Shown: one piece after another, positions 1 through 10,846 of the stretch | How the letters are laid out: each line of letters starts with the position of its first letter | Position numbering within the stretch: position 1 is the first letter of the stretch | IMG/VR virus record: IMGVR_UViG_3300043410_001471 | Location: 181,437 to 245,436 of that record | DNA: 64,000 bases | Strand: one strand, 5' to 3' | Position numbers and translations under genes: made by a program | The notes under the pieces: generated by a model | What the model was told of the DNA's origin: nothing | What the model saw: the letters and a program-made list of their open reading frames with translations, nothing else | The model's database searches: none

Positions 1-1727
1 TTATTAAAGAAGTTGCTTATTTAAGAGCTGAGAAACTTCCGTATTGTGTATCAACAATGAACACATATTTTACAGCATATGTTATCAAATGGTCTGATTT
101 AAAGTTCTATCCTAAAAATTATAAAGGCGAACTTCAACCACATGATATTCAAAATTCTCAATCAAATAGAAATCCATCAATTAATGTTAATTCGAAAAAG
201 TTACCTAAGAAATTAGCATATGGAATTCGTATTATGGGAGGTAATTCATCTTTTAATTATTTACCATTGGGTATTTTAGATGATACAATTGCACTTCAAG
301 CTGAAGATAGAGGACATGAGGGTGGTGTATTATTCTTTAATTATGATACTAAATGGCCTATTAAAATTTGGAAAAGAGCTTTACAAATTTTAGAAACGGA
401 AGTTATGGAATCCGAACAAACTTCCAATACAAAATTAATTATAAAATCTTTGAAATCATTGATGAATGATAAGAAAGTAAAGGAATTATCATTTGCGGAA
501 ATTGTTCCATTAGATATAAAGAAAGAAAAAGATAACGCTTATATTCCAATAGAATTGAAAGTATATCCTAATAGAACATTTCATAGAAGAGAAATTTTAG
601 GAATTAATAATAATGAAGATACTTGGCAAACTCACCAAAAAGCAGTAGCTGAAGCTGAAATTGTTTTAGATGCAATTTATGGTGTGGGTAACGATTATTT
701 TGATAAAATATATACACCAGTTGAAGGTAAAGCACTTTTTCAAGGTGAATTAACTATGTTAGCAAAACATGCAGCAGCTGGTCACAAAATGGAAAGATAT
801 GAAGAAGAACCAATTATGCTATGGTTAAGTTCTAGACAATATAGAAAAGATTCTTTGGACATTTATAGAGGATTTGATTGTTCAACATTAAATACTCGCA
901 TTGCTCAATATAAAAAATTAGTTGAATCCATTTCTAAAGATAAAAAATTAGATGAATTAGTTAAAACGGAAGTAGATTTTTTAACTTACATATCAGAATG
1001 TGTTAATATAGACTCATTTGAAACAACGATTGATAATGTTGTTGCTAAATATAAAGGAAAATCTACAACCAACATCAATGACCTTTCTATGACAAAAATG
1101 GATTCGGCTCTTATGATGGCTCAAATTATTAGAGATTATTTAGATACACGAACTGCTAGATTAACAAAAGATGTTGTAATTACAGTTGGTAATAAAGTAT
1201 TGAAAATGGCTTCTGAATTATTGGAGAATGAAAATGTTCAATCCGAATTAATTTCATCATCTACCGGTGCTAATGGAAGATATAAGCAATTTTATATGAA
1301 CTTAGAGGAGGAATTAAATGAATTACCATATGAAGAGGTTAGTGATGTTAAAGAAACATTGATTTCAAAAGCTAAACAGCAAATGGATTCATCTTTAAAT
1401 CCAAATGGAGATATTCCAATGATTGATAGAGATGAAAATGCAAAATCGGTTTTTAAAATTGTTATTGTAAATATTAACAAAGGTATCGGATTTGAAAAAG
1501 GGCATAAGAATGCTGGAATAGATAGTAAAGATATCGATAACTTTTTCTTACAATTTACAGGAGATAATGGATTCTGGTCTAATAAAAGAGATTTTGAACC
1601 AAACACATATTCAGCTGAATATTTAAATTCAATAAAAGAATTTATGAAAACTAATGAGTTGAATGATAATGATGAGTGGCAAGATGCATATCAAAATACT
1701 CGTAAATTTGTAACATCTGTTTGGTAA
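1..1727 (+). CDS. Large hypothetical protein, 5'-truncated by the window edge (>=574 aa)
   Basis: Frame is open from position 3 (ATT AAA GAA...) into the ATG at 57, so the true start probably lies upstream; no recognisable motif. Confidence 0.85.
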   Translation, partial: IKEVAYLRAEKLPYCVSTMNTYFTAYVIKWSDLKFYPKNYKGELQPHDIQNSQSNRNPSINVNSKKLPKKLAYGIRIMGGNSSFNYLPLGILDDTIALQAEDRGHEGGVLFFNYDTKWPIKIWKRALQILETEVMESEQTSNTKLIIKSLKSLMNDKKVKELSFAEIVPLDIKKEKDNAYIPIELKVYPNRTFHRREILGINNNEDTWQTHQKAVAEAEIVLDAIYGVGNDYFDKIYTPVEGKALFQGELTMLAKHAAAGHKMERYEEEPIMLWLSSRQYRKDSLDIYRGFDCSTLNTRIAQYKKLVESISKDKKLDELVKTEVDFLTYISECVNIDSFETTIDNVVAKYKGKSTTNINDLSMTKMDSALMMAQIIRDYLDTRTARLTKDVVITVGNKVLKMASELLENENVQSELISSSTGANGRYKQFYMNLEEELNELPYEEVSDVKETLISKAKQQMDSSLNPNGDIPMIDRDENAKSVFKIVIVNINKGIGFEKGHKNAGIDSKDIDNFFLQFTGDNGFWSNKRDFEPNTYSAEYLNSIKEFMKTNELNDNDEWQDAYQNTRKFVTSVW

Positions 1728-1745
1728 TATAATAGTAAAATTAAT

Positions 1746-2849
1746 ATGAATAAATTTTGGGATTCCGAAATAGGTAATTTTGATAAGAAGGTATTAGTAG
1801 TACCCAATTATACTCACTTTGGTGAAGGTAAAAATATAAACGCAGATTCGTTTGTGTTAGTTATGAAATCATTTTTAGATAACACTAATTATGATAATTT
1901 ACAATTTATAATTCCATATCCAAATGGATATATGCCAACGGATTTTATGAAGTATAAAAATGTAAAACTTATTAATATGGGGAATGTTTCTACATTTCCC
2001 CCATTAATGAGAATTCAATTCCCCGATTCTGCATTTAAAAAGATATTTTCTGAAGAAGGAATTGATATCATTTGGTCACATTTGCCGGAATGGACTAATC
2101 AATTATTAATCGTTCGTAGATACAACACAGTAACTCAACCTGTTTTGGGTTATTGCCATTGGTGGGAGATTCCTGAAAATGGTGCATATAATCATAATTC
2201 CTTTTGGGCAAATGTGCAAGGTATGTTGAAAATGAGTGTATGTGGGGTAAACTCACAATGGGTTAAGAATTTAGTATTAAAAAGAGCAAGTGGGTTTTTG
2301 AATAAAGAACAATTAGAAAAATTAGATACAATCATTCAGCCTTGGTATTTAGGATGCGATGAGTGGCAAGAAGGAATTGTAAAACCAAAAACTATTTTAT
2401 TCAATCATAGAGCAGATGGGTATACCGGTGCTGATTGGTTTTTTGAAGAGATGGATAAGTTGTGGGAACAAAGACAAGATTTTAAAGTTCTTACATCCAT
2501 AGCTAGTGTTTCAAAACCATATACGGAATCAATCCGACATCCTAATAGAGAACATTATAAACAAAATGTAGGAAGCGCTGATATTGGTGTTGGATGTTTT
2601 ACAAAATATTCAGCATGGAGTATGAGTACAACTGATGGGTTGAGTATGAATGTACCATATATTTTACCAAAAGGATTGTGCTATGAAGAAATGGTTGGAG
2701 AAGATTATCCATTACTTTATAATGGTAAAAAGGAATTTGTAAAAATGTTAGTAGATTACTTAGATGGTAAAATAGAAAGACCTAACACAAAAAAAATGGC
2801 TGAGAAGTTATATTGGAAACATAGTTTAGAAAATTGGAAAATTATATAA
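1746..2849 (+). CDS. GT-B fold (GT4-like) glycosyltransferase
   Basis: KTILFNHR strand and C-terminal 'SAWSMSTTDGLSMNVPYILP' resembling the GT4 ExFG..EAM..G.P donor-binding segment. Confidence 0.65.
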   Translation: MNKFWDSEIGNFDKKVLVVPNYTHFGEGKNINADSFVLVMKSFLDNTNYDNLQFIIPYPNGYMPTDFMKYKNVKLINMGNVSTFPPLMRIQFPDSAFKKIFSEEGIDIIWSHLPEWTNQLLIVRRYNTVTQPVLGYCHWWEIPENGAYNHNSFWANVQGMLKMSVCGVNSQWVKNLVLKRASGFLNKEQLEKLDTIIQPWYLGCDEWQEGIVKPKTILFNHRADGYTGADWFFEEMDKLWEQRQDFKVLTSIASVSKPYTESIRHPNREHYKQNVGSADIGVGCFTKYSAWSMSTTDGLSMNVPYILPKGLCYEEMVGEDYPLLYNGKKEFVKMLVDYLDGKIERPNTKKMAEKLYWKHSLENWKII

Positions 2850-2850
2850 T

Positions 2851-4077
2851 ATGAAATTTTGGGATACAGGTGAACAAACCAACACAGAAGTATTTGACTA
2901 CGATGAGATGAAAAAGAAGTTCATTGAGAACTTGGATTATCTTAAAGAAATGTCAGTAGAAGAGCAAACTCTATACAAAAAATGGATGGAGTGGAATGAA
3001 GATTTAATTGGTAATATGCGAAAATTACCTGCTTTACAACAACATTATGATTCGTTGTGGAAACCGACTGATATTATGGATAAGGAATTAACGATAAAAG
3101 AAATCGAAGGATTGCAACCATATATTGAAGTTGTAGAAGATAATCCAAAAGAATCTACTCGTTGGACTGAAATCCGTAGATTAATTCATACTATGGAGTT
3201 TCAGGCAAATCCAGGTCGTAATGTAAAGTGCTATGTTAAAGATAGAACAAGCGGAAAGATATTAGGACAAGTTTGTTTAGGTTCAGACATTACATCATTG
3301 GGTGTGAGAGATGCATACATTGGTTGGCAGAAAGAAGATAAGTTTCAAAATGGTAAATTGAATTGTACTACTATTGCAACTACAATCGTATCAACCCAAC
3401 CATTTGGATATAATTTCTTAGGTGGTAAGTTAATTGCAGCATTGGCAACTGCACCTGAAGTTAGAGATTACTGGCAAAAGAAATACAACAATCCATTGAT
3501 TGGAGTAGGTACAACATCATTGTATGGTATTCACTCACAATACAATGGTATTCCTCATTTCAAAACATTGGGAGAATCTAAAGGTAAGATTTCTACAAAG
3601 CCAGATGATAAGGTATACGACCCATGGCATCAATGGTTGAAAGAAAATCGTTCTGAATGGTATAAGCAACACATTATGGATGAGAGAGAACGAAATGGTG
3701 CTAATATGGGATACGATAGAAACGGACCTGTAAGTGGAATCAAACAAAAGATTATTCAGGCAATTTTTAAAGAGTTGGGAATCAAAGGAAACGCTTATGA
3801 CCACGGATTCCAAAGAGGTGTGTATTTCGCACAAATGTATGAGAATGGTAATGAGTTCCTTTGTTCTAAAATCGAAGAGAAGGATTTAGTTCTTAAAAAG
3901 AAATTCGCTGATGGTAATGATTATACTATCAAATGGTGGAAAGATAAAGCAATTAAGAGATATACTAAATTGCATGAAGAAGGTAAAATTAAACCCGAAG
4001 TTTTATTCTATATTGATGCAATTGGAATGACTTGGGAACAAATGAAAGAACATTACTTAAAAGAAGTGGGAAGATAA
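2851..4077 (+). CDS. DUF4338 / DruA-like protein
   Basis: Motifs PGRN, QPFGYNFLGGKLIAAL, TTSLYG..SQYN, GESKG typical of DUF4338. Confidence 0.7.
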   Translation: MKFWDTGEQTNTEVFDYDEMKKKFIENLDYLKEMSVEEQTLYKKWMEWNEDLIGNMRKLPALQQHYDSLWKPTDIMDKELTIKEIEGLQPYIEVVEDNPKESTRWTEIRRLIHTMEFQANPGRNVKCYVKDRTSGKILGQVCLGSDITSLGVRDAYIGWQKEDKFQNGKLNCTTIATTIVSTQPFGYNFLGGKLIAALATAPEVRDYWQKKYNNPLIGVGTTSLYGIHSQYNGIPHFKTLGESKGKISTKPDDKVYDPWHQWLKENRSEWYKQHIMDERERNGANMGYDRNGPVSGIKQKIIQAIFKELGIKGNAYDHGFQRGVYFAQMYENGNEFLCSKIEEKDLVLKKKFADGNDYTIKWWKDKAIKRYTKLHEEGKIKPEVLFYIDAIGMTWEQMKEHYLKEVGR

Positions 4078-4080
4078 AAT

Positions 4081-6642
4081 ATGTATCAAAATATATACTA
4101 CGAAAGAAGCAAGAATTTAATTCATCTATGGGATGATACCAATGGATACCAAACATTTCCATACCGAAAATATGCCTACAAAAAAGACCCATATGGACAG
4201 CATCGTTCAATGTATGGGGATAAGTTATCTCGTATTTCAAAGTGGGAAAAGGATGAGGCCGAAGATTTATTCGAATCGGATGTACCAGAAACAACGAGAG
4301 TATTGGTAGATATCTATGATAATGATTTACCATCAAAAGGACATACAGTATTAACATTTGACATTGAGGTAGAAATGATATCAGGTCTACCAAACACACG
4401 AGAAGCTCAAAACGAAATCACAGCAATCGCAGCACACGATTCTATTACAAAAGAATATGAAGTGTTCGTATTAGATAAAGAAAGAAAAGTTAAAAACAAT
4501 GCTACTAATTTTAGTAAAAACGGCAGAGAGGTTAAAGTACACATATTTGACAACGAAAGGAATTTATTATTTGCATTTCTTAATTATTACCAACAAGTTG
4601 ACCCGACTATTCTAACGGGTTGGAACATTGATTTTTTCGATATTCCATATCTTTACAATCGTATTAAGAATGTTTGTGGAGAGGGACATGCTAAGAGATT
4701 ATCTCGTATCGGAGAAGCATTCTGGTCACCATATAGAGAGAAGTTTAGTTTTGGTGGTGTGAGTGTATTGGATTACATCAATTTGTATAAAACATACACA
4801 TATACATTGGAAGCATCTTATACATTGAACTACATCGCTACCAAAGAATTGGGTAGAGGTAAGGTGGAGTATGAGGGAAGTTTGGATGATTTATTTGTAA
4901 ACGATTTGGAGAAATTCATTGAGTATAACATTGTCGATGTGGAGTTGGTTGTAGCAATGGATGCCAAATTACAATTCATTGAATTATGTAGAGCCGTTTG
5001 TCACGCTGGATTTGTTCCATATGAAGATTACATATTTTCATCAAAGTGGTTAGAAGGAGCTTGTTTAGGATATCTTAAAAAGAAAGGATTGGTAGCAACC
5101 AATAAACCAAAAGATAGAAAGGAAAGAATGCAAGCTCTTAGAGATAATAACGAAGAGAAATTCATTGGAGCATATGTAAAAGAACCTATCGTTGGTAAGT
5201 ATGATTGGATTTATGATTTGGACTTAACATCTCTATATCCATCAATCATTATGACTTTGAATATCAGTCCCGAAACAAAGATTGGTAAGATTCAGAATTG
5301 GGATGCTGAAGCAAATATCAGAGGGTTAGATACTACATACAAAGTAGTTGGTAAAGATGGTGATACTTATGAATATACGACTCAGGAACTAAAGGAAGTT
5401 ATTAAGGATAGTAATTTAGGTGTTGCGGCAAATGGAGTTCTCTATTCACAAGATTCACCGGGTTTGATTGCCGATATCTTAAATGATTGGTTTCAAAAGC
5501 GTGTTGAGTTCCGTAAATTAGAAAAGAAATATGGTACGGAAGGTGATACTGAAAAGTATGAATTCTATGCTAAAAGACAGCTAGTACAAAAGATTCTTTT
5601 GAACTCAATGTATGGTGTATTGGGTTTACCAGCATTTCGATTCTATGATGTGGATAACGCTGAAGCAGTAACCCTAACAGGTCAAACTGTTATTAAGAAA
5701 ACAGCAGAGATGGCAAACATCAAATATTGGAAAGAACTCGGAACTAAAGAGGATTATAATGTGTACATCGATACTGATTCCATTTATATGATGGCAGAAC
5801 CTTTGGTAAAACATAGATACCCTGAATATAAAACATTTGACCAAAATCGAATGGCTGAAGAGGTAAATACTATTGCCGAAGAAACTCAAACATTTTTGAA
5901 CACATTCTATGATATGTTGGCTGAAAAGTTCTTCTTTATTCCAAAAGAGAAACATAGATTTGAGATTAAGAAAGAATACATTAGTAAAGCAGGATTTTGG
6001 GTAGCAAAGAAGAGATATGCACAATGGATGATTCTAAAAAATGGTGTACCTTGTGATAAGTTGGATGTTAAAGGATTGGATGTGGTTCGTTCATCATTTC
6101 CTAAAGCATTTCAGGACTTTATGGCTAAAATGTTGAAAGATATTTTAATGGGTAAGGATAACGCATTTATGGATGAATCTTTATTGGATTTCAAAAAGAA
6201 TATGATTAATCTACCTGTAAACAAAATAGCAAAGGGTGGAGCAATTAAGGAGTTAAGTAAGTATGATAATGGTAGTTGGAGAAAAGATGGTGGAGAAGCT
6301 ATCGCATCATTTGAAAAGGGAACACCTGCACACGTTAAAGCTGGAATCACTTACAATCGATTATTAAAATTCTTCAATTGTCCATTTAAGCATGAACCAA
6401 TTAGAGATGGTGATAAAGTAAAGTGGGTATATCTTAAAACAAATCCATTGGGATTAGATACTGTTGCATTTAAGGATTATAATGACCCAAAAGAGATTAT
6501 GGATTTCGTAGAACAATATGTTGATAGAGATATGATTTATAAAGCAGAGTTGGAAAACAAAGTAGATGATTTCTATAACGCCTTAAAATGGAGTAAAGCA
6601 TCAACCGAAGCACAAACCGCTAAAAAGTTTTTTAGTTTTTAA
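4081..6642 (+). CDS. Family B DNA polymerase with 3'-5' exonuclease
   Basis: ExoI FDIEV, ExoII GWNIDFFD, polB motifs DLTSLYPS, KILLNSMYG, YIDTDS. Confidence 0.97.
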   Translation: MYQNIYYERSKNLIHLWDDTNGYQTFPYRKYAYKKDPYGQHRSMYGDKLSRISKWEKDEAEDLFESDVPETTRVLVDIYDNDLPSKGHTVLTFDIEVEMISGLPNTREAQNEITAIAAHDSITKEYEVFVLDKERKVKNNATNFSKNGREVKVHIFDNERNLLFAFLNYYQQVDPTILTGWNIDFFDIPYLYNRIKNVCGEGHAKRLSRIGEAFWSPYREKFSFGGVSVLDYINLYKTYTYTLEASYTLNYIATKELGRGKVEYEGSLDDLFVNDLEKFIEYNIVDVELVVAMDAKLQFIELCRAVCHAGFVPYEDYIFSSKWLEGACLGYLKKKGLVATNKPKDRKERMQALRDNNEEKFIGAYVKEPIVGKYDWIYDLDLTSLYPSIIMTLNISPETKIGKIQNWDAEANIRGLDTTYKVVGKDGDTYEYTTQELKEVIKDSNLGVAANGVLYSQDSPGLIADILNDWFQKRVEFRKLEKKYGTEGDTEKYEFYAKRQLVQKILLNSMYGVLGLPAFRFYDVDNAEAVTLTGQTVIKKTAEMANIKYWKELGTKEDYNVYIDTDSIYMMAEPLVKHRYPEYKTFDQNRMAEEVNTIAEETQTFLNTFYDMLAEKFFFIPKEKHRFEIKKEYISKAGFWVAKKRYAQWMILKNGVPCDKLDVKGLDVVRSSFPKAFQDFMAKMLKDILMGKDNAFMDESLLDFKKNMINLPVNKIAKGGAIKELSKYDNGSWRKDGGEAIASFEKGTPAHVKAGITYNRLLKFFNCPFKHEPIRDGDKVKWVYLKTNPLGLDTVAFKDYNDPKEIMDFVEQYVDRDMIYKAELENKVDDFYNALKWSKASTEAQTAKKFFSF

Positions 6643-6643
6643 T

Positions 6644-7402
6644 ATGAAAGGATTAAAATTTTGGAAACCCATATCATTTGATGTTACATCATTTAGATGG
6701 AAATTGAATGAGAGAAAAGGAAGGAGATTTCAAGGTTCAGGTTCAGATAATTCAAATAAGAATGTATACACTTACAACGAACTTGGATTTAGAGGTGATT
6801 CATTTTTAAAAACTGGTTATAAAATTATGAGTGTGGGATGTTCTCACACCGAAGGTATAGGTGTAAATGATGATGAAACTTGGTCGCATTATTTATCAGA
6901 AATGATAGATAGTGGAGTAGATTTAAATTTCGGGCATAGTGGTAGAAGTAATGATTATATAGCAAGAACTATATTAACATTTACTGATAAAGTAAAACCG
7001 GATTTAGTATTGGCGATGTATAGTTATCCATCTCGACGAGAATATTATAAATCAGATGGTGGTATTGAACCATTTGCTTTAAATCCTTGGGGATATTATA
7101 AAGAACATCCGGATGGTATAGGTGAATTTCAAATGTTAGAAAAATTATCAAATGAAGAAGATGATTATATCAATTGGTACAAAAATCATTTGCTAATAAC
7201 ATATTATTTGAAATCAAAAAATATTCCATTTATTTGGAATGGGACATTTGTGAACACCGAATATACAGATGATAATCGATTTGATGGGGAATATAAACAA
7301 TATAGTGATACACATCAGCATGCTACATCGGAAGAAAATAAAAATTATGCAGAAAATTTATATAATCACATAAAAAGACTTGGTATTATCAAAAATTTAT
7401 AG
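6644..7402 (+). CDS. SGNH/GDSL-hydrolase-like protein
   Basis: Block I GCSHTEG, GRSN, C-terminal D..H. Confidence 0.6.
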   Translation: MKGLKFWKPISFDVTSFRWKLNERKGRRFQGSGSDNSNKNVYTYNELGFRGDSFLKTGYKIMSVGCSHTEGIGVNDDETWSHYLSEMIDSGVDLNFGHSGRSNDYIARTILTFTDKVKPDLVLAMYSYPSRREYYKSDGGIEPFALNPWGYYKEHPDGIGEFQMLEKLSNEEDDYINWYKNHLLITYYLKSKNIPFIWNGTFVNTEYTDDNRFDGEYKQYSDTHQHATSEENKNYAENLYNHIKRLGIIKNL

Positions 7403-7410
7403 TATATTTG
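7403..7410 (+). promoter_or_regulatory. Bacteroidota -7 promoter box (also at 12558, 29320, 29571, 33198, 40340, 62732)
   Basis: TAnnTTTG consensus, preceded by TTGG/TTGA, in intergenic gaps upstream of + strand genes. Confidence 0.75.
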
Positions 7411-7445
7411 TAAAACAAAATTAAAATTTAAATAAAACAACAATT

Positions 7446-8159
7446 ATGAACAAAAACAATCTATTACGATTTATCCAAAAGTATTCATTAGGTGGGGTAA
7501 TCGAATCGGTAGCATGGAACGCTGAAGGTAATAAGTTATCAGTTCGTTTCATTTCGGATGACAAGACTATGTTAGGTGAAGTGGATTTTGATGGTTTCAC
7601 ATCAACACCATTTAACATCGGTATTTACACAACTTCTTTATTAAAGAATTTAGTGGGAATTTTAGACAGTGATATCAATTTAAAAGTAGATTCAGTTGGA
7701 GATAAGGCGACTGTATTAAAGTTATCTTCAGATGAAACTGAAACATCTTATCAATTAGCAGATTTGGGAGTTATTCCATCTGTACCTGATTTGAAACAAA
7801 TGCCTGAATTTGGTATTGGTATTGAAATGGCATCTAATATGATTGATAAATTTATCAAAGCAAAAGGTGCATTATCCGATATCGATACATTCACTGTATT
7901 TACTGAAGGTGGTGATTTGAAAATGGCTATTGGTTATTCTTCAATCTCTACAAATAGAGTAACATTTACGGCAACTAAAGGGTTCGATGGTGAAGTAAAA
8001 CCAATTTCATTCTCAGCGAAGTATTTGAAAGAAATCTTAACAGCAAACAAAGAAGCAACTACTGCAAAGTTAAAAGTTTCAACTGATGGTTTAGCGCATG
8101 TTGAATTTAAGATTGATGAATTTACTTGTAAATATTATTTAGTTGAAATCTCAAATTAA
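7446..8159 (+). CDS. Sliding clamp (PCNA/gp45-like)
   Basis: 237 aa, FSAKYLKEIL motif, located between DNA polymerase and clamp-loader genes. Confidence 0.8.
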   Translation: MNKNNLLRFIQKYSLGGVIESVAWNAEGNKLSVRFISDDKTMLGEVDFDGFTSTPFNIGIYTTSLLKNLVGILDSDINLKVDSVGDKATVLKLSSDETETSYQLADLGVIPSVPDLKQMPEFGIGIEMASNMIDKFIKAKGALSDIDTFTVFTEGGDLKMAIGYSSISTNRVTFTATKGFDGEVKPISFSAKYLKEILTANKEATTAKLKVSTDGLAHVEFKIDEFTCKYYLVEISN

Positions 8160-8163
8160 TAGT

Positions 8164-8424
8164 ATGGAAGAGAAATTAGAACAACCTGTTGATATTGTAG
8201 ATGCGGAGTGGTGTTTTCAATTCTTTGATAACGAACCAGTTGTATTTGCATATTCTAACGAAGGGCAAGAAGAAGCTTCCCCATTAGTTCTACAAATTCA
8301 ATCGGTAGAGGGGCAGGGACTGCACTTCAAACACAATGGTATGGAATTTAAAATATTCCCAAGACCAGTTAGTGAAGAAACAAAATTAGAAAGAGTAAAA
8401 TCAAAAGAAAATGACATTCGATAA
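8164..8424 (+). CDS. Hypothetical acidic protein
   Basis: ORF filling the gap; ATG at 8164 just after the clamp stop preferred over 8143. Confidence 0.7.
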   Translation: MEEKLEQPVDIVDAEWCFQFFDNEPVVFAYSNEGQEEASPLVLQIQSVEGQGLHFKHNGMEFKIFPRPVSEETKLERVKSKENDIR

Positions 8425-8710
8425 TTTAATAGAAAATGTATCTCAATGGGCATCTGATAAAGATATCCTAAAGAAAGAAAACGCACCTAAACAATTGTTA
8501 AAGGTGTTAGAAGAAGTTGGCGAAACCGCAGGTGCTTTATTGAAATCCAAAGATGAGGAAATTAAAGATGGTATTGGTGATTCATTTGTAACACTTATCA
8601 TTTTAGCTAAACAATTAGGTTTAGAGCCTGCAGATTGTTTAGAAGCAGCATGGAATGAAATTAAAGATAGAACGGGTAAGACTGTAAATGGCGTATTCGT
8701 AAAAAATTAG
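8411..8710 (+). CDS. MazG-like NTP pyrophosphohydrolase
   Basis: EEVGE...DGIGD acidic helix motifs. Confidence 0.85.
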   Translation: MTFDNLIENVSQWASDKDILKKENAPKQLLKVLEEVGETAGALLKSKDEEIKDGIGDSFVTLIILAKQLGLEPADCLEAAWNEIKDRTGKTVNGVFVKN

Positions 8711-8712
8711 AA

Positions 8713-9663
8713 ATGAATATTTGGGTATCGGAATGGGCTTCAAATGAAATGAAAATGCTGGAATACATAAAGTTTCCAGCAACATTTCATTTAAATAGAA
8801 ACGGATTACCAATTTATAATTGTAATTATGGAGAGTATGATGCGTTTATCTGGTCTACAAAAGAATTTAAACCAGATGAGGTAACATTTTTATTAGAAAA
8901 TAATTGTAAAGTATTTCTTTTTTGTATTCATGGTGATGGGTTTCATTTAGAAAATCGTAAAGAGTTTTTAAAATACGATAATTTTAAAATTATTACCGGT
9001 GCAATAGATGGTGGACTGGCTGGACAAATATTGGAATATCCAAACACATATTTGGATGTTACATTAGTATTAGCTTATTATTATACTCTATTTGCGGTTG
9101 AACTCTATGAATTTCATAAAACAACTTCAAATAAATCATATAAAGTTGGGTTATGGCATAGAGAGGGATATAGACATGATAGAGATTTTTTAATAAAAAA
9201 TATTAGAAATTCCAAACACTCCGAATCATTTAAAATATTAACCCAAAAAGAATTGGATATATATGATGTCCTTATAGGGCGTGATATTGAAAGTAGTTAT
9301 AAACAATGGTCTGTGCAATATTTTAATTTTATGGATTGTGAATTATTTCTAAGTTTCGAATCAGCAAATACGGATTCAACACCATTCTTTTGTTCTGATA
9401 AAATATTGAAAGGATTTATTTTAGAAGCATTGGGTATACCAACTATTCATGTATTACAATCTACTCTTAAGTCTGAATTAGAAAAATATGGGTTTGATAT
9501 AATAGGATATACATCATATCAGGGTGAAATTGTTAATAAATTGATTGATATGAATGTAGATGAATTAAAAGAAAGAAACATCAAATCAAATAATTTGAAG
9601 ATACTTGAAGATATGATAAAGGGTGGACAAATTTTAAACGAATTAAAAAAAATAATGATATGA
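8713..9663 (+). CDS. Hypothetical, GT10 (fucosyltransferase)-like C-terminus
   Basis: FLSFESANTDSTPFFCSDK resembles GT10 FxLxFENS..YxTEK. Confidence 0.4.
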   Translation: MNIWVSEWASNEMKMLEYIKFPATFHLNRNGLPIYNCNYGEYDAFIWSTKEFKPDEVTFLLENNCKVFLFCIHGDGFHLENRKEFLKYDNFKIITGAIDGGLAGQILEYPNTYLDVTLVLAYYYTLFAVELYEFHKTTSNKSYKVGLWHREGYRHDRDFLIKNIRNSKHSESFKILTQKELDIYDVLIGRDIESSYKQWSVQYFNFMDCELFLSFESANTDSTPFFCSDKILKGFILEALGIPTIHVLQSTLKSELEKYGFDIIGYTSYQGEIVNKLIDMNVDELKERNIKSNNLKILEDMIKGGQILNELKKIMI

Positions 9664-10607
9664 GTTTTTTCGCAAACGATATTAGTAAAAGAGAGCATAG
9701 TTTGTGGGTGGAAAAATATCGACCACAAACACTTGCCGATTATGTTGGTAATGAAACCATCAAAGAAACTATTCAACAATATTTGGATAATAATGATATC
9801 CCACATTTATTGTTGTATGGAAAAGCCGGTACTGGTAAAACTACATTAGCAAAGTTAATCGTAAACACAATTAAATGTGACCATATGATTATCAATGCAT
9901 CGGATGAGAACAATGTGGATACAGTCCGTAACAAAGTAAAGAACTTCGCATCATCGGTGGGTTTTGCAGGATTTAAGGTTGTAATTTTGGATGAGTTTGA
10001 TTATATGACTCCAAACGCACAGGCAATCCTAAGAAATTTAATGGAAACATTCTCTAAACATTGTAGATTCATTTTGACTTGTAACTACATTGAGAAGATT
10101 ATTGACCCGATTCAAAGTAGATGTCAATCATTTGCAATCACACCTCCAACTAAAAAGGATGTGGCAGTGCAAGTTAGTAAGATTTTGGATAAAGAAGGTA
10201 TTAAGTACGATTTAAAAAATGTAGCTGATATTATCAGTTCATATTACCCAGATATTCGTAGAATCTTAAATACTTGCCAATTACAATCAGCTAAAGGTGA
10301 ACTGAAAGTGGATAAAGCTATTATGGTTGAATCCGATTTCAAAAATAAATTAGTAGATGCATTGAAGGGTTCGGATGATAAGAGAAATCTTTATTTAAAA
10401 ATAAGACAAATGGTGTTGGATAATCAAATGAATGATTATACCGAAATGTATACATATCTTTATGATAAAGTAGATGATTACGCAGGTGGTAACACAGCAA
10501 ATATCATTTTAGCAATTGCAGATTCTCAAGCAAAAGATGCATTGGTTGTTGATAAAGAAATTGTATTCGCATCATTATTAATTCAAATTATAAACATTAT
10601 AAGATAA
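9660..10607 (+). CDS. Clamp loader AAA+ subunit (RFC small subunit/gp44-like)
   Basis: WVEKYRP, Walker A GKAGTGKTT, DEFD, SRC motif. Confidence 0.95.
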   Translation: MSFFANDISKREHSLWVEKYRPQTLADYVGNETIKETIQQYLDNNDIPHLLLYGKAGTGKTTLAKLIVNTIKCDHMIINASDENNVDTVRNKVKNFASSVGFAGFKVVILDEFDYMTPNAQAILRNLMETFSKHCRFILTCNYIEKIIDPIQSRCQSFAITPPTKKDVAVQVSKILDKEGIKYDLKNVADIISSYYPDIRRILNTCQLQSAKGELKVDKAIMVESDFKNKLVDALKGSDDKRNLYLKIRQMVLDNQMNDYTEMYTYLYDKVDDYAGGNTANIILAIADSQAKDALVVDKEIVFASLLIQIINIIR

Positions 10608-10846
10608 TGGAACAAGGATTACCAATGGGTATCAATTTAAATGATGCCAGAGATATGGATTGTGAATGTGGAAATAAAACATTTATGCCAGGTTATAGAT
10701 TTAAAAAATTAAGTAAAATAATGACTGGTCAGCCACAAGATACAATTATTCCAATAGAAATGTATTTATGTACACAATGTGGTAAACCATTACAGGAATT
10801 ACTACCAAAAGAATTACAAGATAAACAATCATCAATAGGATTATAA
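10607..10846 (+). CDS. Small Zn-ribbon protein
   Basis: CECG ... CTQCG. Confidence 0.7.
   Translation: MEQGLPMGINLNDARDMDCECGNKTFMPGYRFKKLSKIMTGQPQDTIIPIEMYLCTQCGKPLQELLPKELQDKQSSIGL

Noticed and set aside
2851-4077. Complete Druantia defence system
   Set aside because: Only a DruA-like gene; no druE helicase or other dru genes in the window
4081-6642. Intein or intron in DNA polymerase or thyA
   Set aside because: Lengths are normal, motifs are contiguous, and I see no intein splice motifs
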